In this document: positions 59,762 to 64,000 of the stretch, one piece after another
How the letters are laid out: each line of letters starts with the position of its first letter
Position numbering within the stretch: the stretch's first letter is position 1
DNA from: Octopus sinensis
Lineage: Eukaryota
Direction: 5' to 3'
Length of the DNA stretch: 64,000 nucleotides
Assembly (NCBI RefSeq): GCF_006345805.1
Contig: NC_043013.1
Span: forward strand, 4,774,001 to 4,838,000
The notes under the pieces: model-generated
Seen by the model: only the letters and a program-made list of their open reading frames with translations
The model's database searches: none
What the model was told of the DNA's origin: nothing
Position numbers and translations under genes: made by a program

Positions 59762-61439
59762 GTAGGTATAGAACTAAATAAATCCTGATATTTTGGGACA
59801 TGACATCATTTCAATAAAATTTTAATGAACTATTATAAATGTTGATACCACAATAGAGAGAAGCAGTTTGAACACGAAAAAACAAATTTTTTACTTTATC
59901 ATTTTCATGTCAAAATATATTTTTTCCATGGAAAATTATGTATCATTTGAAAGCATTGGATATGAACTTGATTCTTATATCATTTTAAGTAAAATCCAAC
60001 AGTTGCATATCATGTCAGGGTCCTTCAGACACCCTGATATTTTCATGCATTTTCAAAGTGTGTCCCGCTTTTTTGTCTGCTGAACAGTAGCCCTCATTCT
60101 AGTTCGGTGCATTTGAGTGCCATAACTCAAGTTGTGTTAAGAATCATATACACATATTGAGGAATATTTTAGCTTTATTTTGATATAAAATTAATTTTCA
60201 CTTAGAAAAAGAACATAATTTCTTCAAGATGTTTATACCACGAGGAAGAAAAATTTCTTGCTAAATCATCATGGTCATTGCTGATTCTGGCCTTGGTATG
60301 GCAAAAAAATGCAAAGTGAAGAAAGAGGGTGGTATGCTGACGTTTTTTTGCATGTGATTAACACATATTGACACAACTTGTCAAACTGTGTGGCACTCTA
60401 TTATGATACCTACTAATATAGCTGATATTAGTTCAATTGATGCTATTGTTATCATAAAATAGTTTGATGCCAATGGGTTGAGATGTTTATGATTGGAATC
60501 TCCTAGAAGAGTGGACTGTTTTTATTGTTGCACTATTATGCATTAGAATGTTGTTTTTTCTTTCTTTTTTTTTTGTTGTTTTTTTTTTCTTTTCTCTTTA
60601 TCAGAACAATGCTCCATCATTCATGCATATCATGAAACTGATTAATTTGCCCATTAAACTCTTCTGGAAATATTTGAAATTTTGTGGAAAAAGTTGCATA
60701 GTTTTGTGAAAGAATACATCCTTTTGCAACCCATCTTATCTATTACCAACCTTCTTGTCTTGTTTTCTGTTACATCAATAATAATGACCAGAACTTGGAG
60801 ATTGGAGTATGTGACTATTGTTGGTCAAATACTTAATTTTTTTCTTGTAATGTGTTTTATTACTATGTATTTTATCCTTAAATATGTATTTCTTTAGTAA
60901 CTGACATATGGGAAGGTGATGACAGAATTGTTTCTGAGCAGAAAAATCATAAAGAAAGAAAAGAAGAAATAATAGAAACCTTCCTTGGTCAAGAAGAAGT
61001 ACCAATTTTAGAAAATATTAATATTTCAGTAAGTATTAAAATGCAATTTTTGTGTTTCATGGTATCAAGTTCATGACTTTTTAAACATTTTATTTCATTG
61101 TATCTCTTATACTTCTCTCTGTTTAAGAATATTTTTATGAGGGATACATACACACAATGTTTCATCTACAAAACTTCTTGAATTTTCTCAAAGGAAAGTG
61201 AAATGACTTACAGACTATTGATTCCACAGTTACTGGTGACTTAGTAGAAAGCTAAACCAAAAACTGGGGGAAAAGAACGAGAATAGAAAAGATTTTTATT
61301 TTGTCTCAAGTTTTTATTTTTGTACAAGGAAAATTGTAAATATGAATCTTTGGAAATGAATACTTGAATCTATGATTTGACAGTGCTTTGAATGTAGGTA
61401 AAATAATTATAGTTGATTACACACTGCTTTGGGTACAGA

Positions 61440-61760
61440 TCAAATCAGGTGTGGAGTCTTGTGATGGTGCTGTATTCACCATTTGTTGGTATATTCCTGG
61501 GTTCTCCTGGGAAACTTGTTGAGCAGAGTCCCCATCTCCACAATATGTGTCCTCATCTTCCATGATCATGTGGCATGTGGTTGACCAATATGAGCTATCA
61601 ACCCAGCCAGACGCTCAGTGAAGAGAACATGGGCAGCAGGAAAATCATGCCACATGACCAAACAGTGTGTGGCTGGCATTCTTGAATGACACAAGCAACA
61701 GGATGCATCTCATTTTCTGAGTAGAGTCATTGGTTGGTACCGAGACGTTTTGCAAGATTG
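61440..61760 (-). mobile_element. Degraded RTE-like 3' fragment
   Basis: The minus strand reads ..LFGHVA.. and RTE-like C-terminal residues. Confidence 0.45.
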
Positions 61761-61975
61761 TGGTTATTTGGGTACACTTCATACATATATGTATATTTTG
61801 CATTTGTGTGTGTGTGTCATCATCATTTAACGTGTTCTCCATATTGGCATGGGCTGGATGGACATTAAATTATGATGATACACACACACCTAGAGAAGAA
61901 GTGTGTAGATAAAATAATTATACTCTGGCACTATACCATCTCTCTCCTGCTCTCTCTGATACTTTTGCTATTTCT

Positions 61976-62013
<38 letters not shown>

Positions 62014-62274
62014 CTCTTGCTGTTCCCTCTGGCTGGGTAGCTACATATCTCATCTACAGTAGCACACCTATTTCTGTCCTCATTCTTTGTTGTTTTCTCA
62101 CTTAAAATCTCAGTATATACCAAACAACACAGGTATAAAAAGATGGTTGATTCTTAGAGTTGATAAAAAGGAATAAACATTCCAGAAGTTTTGAGACCTT
62201 TTTTTTTGTCTTTTTAGGGGTGACAATTATAACTGTCTTAGATTATTGTAATTTTAATATATCATTACTATACG

Positions 62275-62530
62275 TGCAGGTGGCACGTAAAATGCACCAA
62301 TCCGATCGTGGCTGTTTGCCAGCCTCGCCTGGCACCAGTGCAGGTGGCACGTAAAAAGCACCCACTACACTCACAGAGTGGTTGGTGTTAGGAAGGGCAT
62401 CCAGCTGTAGAAACATTGCCAGATAAGACCGGAGCCTGGTGCAGCCTTCTGGCTTCCCAGATCCCTGGTCGAACTGTCCAACCCATGCTAGCATGGAGAA
62501 CGGACGTTAAACGATGATGATGATGATGTA
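62275..62530 (+). mobile_element. RTE-X 3'UTR copy
   Basis: Body plus (GAT)n tail. Confidence 0.8.
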
Positions 62531-63049
62531 ATAAGTTTACCTGCCAACATTTTTATTTCAGTTTGAAGGAACAGCTGTAATAGCACTTTGAACACACCCT
62601 ACTAAACACTGCTTGTCACAGATGACTAGTTTGCAGAATGCTGTCAGGATGTGAAAGCAATTTGGAAGCTTGCTTTGCTATAAAGTTTTATGTTAAACTG
62701 GGTAAAATCACTACAGAAACTTATGACTGCAAGCACCTGTTTTTCATTGGAACAAGAGGTTCAAGAGTGGTAGACAGGAGTTGAGAGAGGGTGAGAGGTG
62801 TAGAAGGGAGGGGATGTCAGAACATCAAAACTGGTTGAAAAGATTTGAAATTTTCTGGATGAAACAGTCATGTGTCTCTAAAGACGATAAGCATACAATT
62901 TGCAGTTGGTATGGTAACTGTACACTAAATCCTTCTCAAAGATCTGGATATGCACAAAACTTGTGCTTAAGTTTGTTCCCAGTGTGCTCAGTAATGAACA
63001 AAAGGAACGATGCATTAGTGGTAGCAGGGAAATGGTTGAGCTCAAATCC

Positions 63050-63640
63050 AAGAGTACTTGAGTCTCTGGTAAACCTGTGGCAGAAGTTAGATCTACTATT
63101 ATGATTCAGAAACCAAGGGACAGTGCCACAATGGCATTATCGTGGCTCCTCCAGATCCAAGTCCACTAGGAAGCTCAAGACACTCCCACTTTTTGACAGT
63201 AAGGTCATTATCTACATCCACTGAATTCCCTCTGGCCAGACAGTAAAGAAAGAGTACCTTGTGACAGTTTTGAGGGAGCTCAGGAAGAGATTTTGTCACA
63301 AATGATCTGAGCTCTTCCACTCAGGTCTGTGGAACCTGCACAGGACAATGCACCATTGCACAGTTCCATCCTGGTAACCAACTACTTGACAGAGATGGGC
63401 ATCAAAACTGTCCCTTACCCTCCCTACAGTCCAGGCATTGCTCGCTGTGACTTTTGGTGGTTCCCCAAACTGAAGAAGAACCTCAAGGGCAGTTATTTTG
63501 AAGACCTTGAGAAGATGGAGGGGGCTCACACCTTTCACTTAAAAGGACTTCCATGGGGCCTTCATGAAGTGCTACAACGAATGCATTTGAAGATTAGAGT
63601 ATTGTACTTCTTTGAAATTAATAAATGTCTCTCCTGAAAA
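63050..63640 (+). mobile_element. Mariner (DD34D) transposase 3' relic
   Basis: YYYDSETKGQ, QDNAPLH and PYSPGIARCDFWWFPKLK (degenerate YSPDLAPxD). Confidence 0.88.
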
Positions 63641-63814
63641 GTCTCAAACCTTTGGTATATATCAATAGTTATGATTTTAAAATAATCACTGCAAAATGTA
63701 TATTTGAATTAAATTAAGTACTGAAAATTTTGGTGATTATTTTTGTTTTGTGGTTGAATGCATTTTGCTGTATATTCTTATATGACGTATATTTATATAT
63801 TTTTTCTTCTCTAG

Positions 63815-63997
63815 ATGAGATATCCAAATGATGATAAATTTCGTGGATTCAACAGCAAAGTTCAGTTATCTGGTCCCCATGTTCTGGAAGGCTTGCGTGA
63901 TATGATCGAAACAGAAAAAATTCAACACACACTTCCTGCTTACCTATCACAGCTGCTAATTCTTGGAAGAGACCATATAATTTTAGGATGCAGCTAA
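63815..63997 (+). CDS. CENPN: CENP-N-like terminal exon
   Basis: ttttcttctctag|ATG acceptor; KVQLSGPHVLEGLRDM..LPAYLSQL matches vertebrate IKFSSPHLLEALKSL..LSPLLTCI; TAA at 63995-63997. Confidence 0.85.
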   Translation: MRYPNDDKFRGFNSKVQLSGPHVLEGLRDMIETEKIQHTLPAYLSQLLILGRDHIILGCS

Positions 63998-64000
63998 TAA

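Noticed and set aside
60605-60900. Strong pyrimidine acceptor at 60604 and ORF 60682-60897 as a CENP-N exon
   Set aside because: No usable in-frame donor before a stop, AT-rich low-complexity translation, and no CENP-N similarity.

Overview
AT-rich, repeat-dense animal genomic DNA, most likely a coleoid cephalopod (Octopus-like); the taxon is inferred from SINE/LINE content only. Three spliced host genes can be rebuilt by hand, and most of their exons are missed or mis-bounded by the ORF track. (1) DAD1/OST2 exon 1 (- strand, 3938-3728); the rest lies left of the window. (2) A complete 7-exon PEX10 (- strand, 32003-10226, 296 aa, TLGEEY motif and C3HC4 RING). (3) A highly divergent 9-exon CENP-N/Chl4-like kinetochore gene (+ strand, 36526-63997, about 310 aa), head-to-head with PEX10. 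Introns and spacers hold L1/Tx1-like, RTE/RTE-X, CR1-like and R4/Dong-like LINE fragments, three tRNA-derived SINE families, Tc1, mariner, piggyBac, hAT and Helitron relics, and many fold-back MITEs. The best leads are the divergent CENP-N with two phase-equivalent candidate exons, hammerhead-ribozyme-like motifs upstream of and inside PEX10, a stack of elements separated by (TAA)n tracts, and inverted LINE-3'UTR copies bracketing exons. Exon boundaries were read base by base; repeat boundaries are approximate (+/- 10-30 bp). All family assignments rest on recalled motifs, since no database search was run.
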